Below are positions 26,083 through 26,536 of a stretch of 26,536 nt of DNA, piece after piece. Under the pieces are notes generated by a model, which was not told the origin of the DNA, made no database searches, and worked only from the letters and a program-made list of their open reading frames with translations. The DNA lies in NCBI GenBank assembly GCA_030673205.1, contig DAOVJP010000001.1, positions 1-26,536 of the forward strand. The letters run 5' to 3'. The DNA comes from Thermoplasmata archaeon. Lineage in GTDB: Archaea; Thermoplasmatota; Thermoplasmata; JAGHBH01. Position 1 is the stretch's first letter. Each line of letters opens with the position of its first letter. A program made the translations under genes and the position numbers.

Positions 26083-26115
26083 GAGAACGAGGAGAAGTTT
26101 CGCCGGGCATTCCAA
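26083..26115 (+). pseudogene. In-frame relic of a fifth PAS linker after the stop codon
   Basis: L-TAG-ENEEKFRRAFQ aligns with the internal linkers LRESEERFKQVAE and LQMSEKRFKEVFE. Confidence 0.6.
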
Positions 26116-26168
26116 GGAGATATGGAGGTGCCCTCCCATCAACTCATATCCATCCTCGTGGCCTCTGC

Positions 26169-26536
26169 CTACCCCATGTGGTTCGGCTCGTATGGGTTGA
26201 AGGCCGGATCCCCGTGTAAGTTGAACTCCTCCATGGTGTCGTCGTTGGTGCCCCCGTTGTCGCTTCCCTCTGTCAGAATATAGGCGTTCTTGGCGAGCAA
26301 GAGCGCCTCCCCTATGGTGGCGTTCCCTGCGGTCTCTGCGGTCAGCCCTCCCTCCTTGTCGTATATGTAGCCCGTGAGGTGACCGTACATCAATAGGGCT
26401 AGATAGGAGCCGAAGGCCTCTCCGCTGTCGTCGATTATGGACAGGCCTCCCCAGGACAATCGGGAGGCGCCTATGTAACTGTTGAATCCAGAATGCATAT
26501 ATGCCTGGCTCAGCGCATTGTAGGGTTGTATGCCAT
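26169..26536 (-). CDS. C-terminal end of a peptidase C25 (gingipain)-like protein, 5'-partial
   Basis: Frame is open to the window edge. YIGASRLSW, TIGEALLLAKNAY and FNLHGDPA resemble the C-terminal part of the C25 catalytic domain; the catalytic His/Cys lie outside the window. Confidence 0.65.
   Translation of the reverse strand, partial: GIQPYNALSQAYMHSGFNSYIGASRLSWGGLSIIDDSGEAFGSYLALLMYGHLTGYIYDKEGGLTAETAGNATIGEALLLAKNAYILTEGSDNGGTNDDTMEEFNLHGDPAFNPYEPNHMG

Noticed and set aside
1-26536. tRNA, rRNA, transposase, integrase or terminal inverted repeats
   Set aside because: None recognised by eye; a covariance-model search would be needed to exclude small ncRNAs in the 9039-9431, 19099-19332 and 24028-24276 gaps.

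Overview
Gene-dense chromosomal segment of an archaeon. The AMP phosphorylase/R15P isomerase/RuBisCO trio, archaeal-type GlyA, BRE-TATA promoters, GGAGGTG-type Shine-Dalgarno sites and a PKD/CARDB surface protein support this. Lys-rich proteins argue against a haloarchaeon; Thermoplasmatota-like is my inference. Left part: a contiguous AMP-salvage (pentose bisphosphate) operon with a motif-divergent RuBisCO, an archaeosortase-like protein, a V4R fusion, HIT, LEA2-FN3, glyA, two tandem small wHTH-like paralogs and a 1116-aa glycoprotein-like surface protein. Right part, the most notable system: a ~11 kb minus-strand polyhydroxyalkanoate (PHA) and short-chain acyl-CoA cluster (phaB, a repeat protein, phaE-like, class III phaC, crotonase, thiolase, hbd, crotonase, acyl-CoA dehydrogenase, propionyl-CoA-ligase-like). 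It is divergent from a wHTH plus 4xPAS one-component regulator. Both proteins upstream of phaC are built from the same ~29-residue Trp-anchored helical repeat. No rRNA, tRNA, CRISPR array or mobile element is supported. All family calls come from motif recognition, not database searches.
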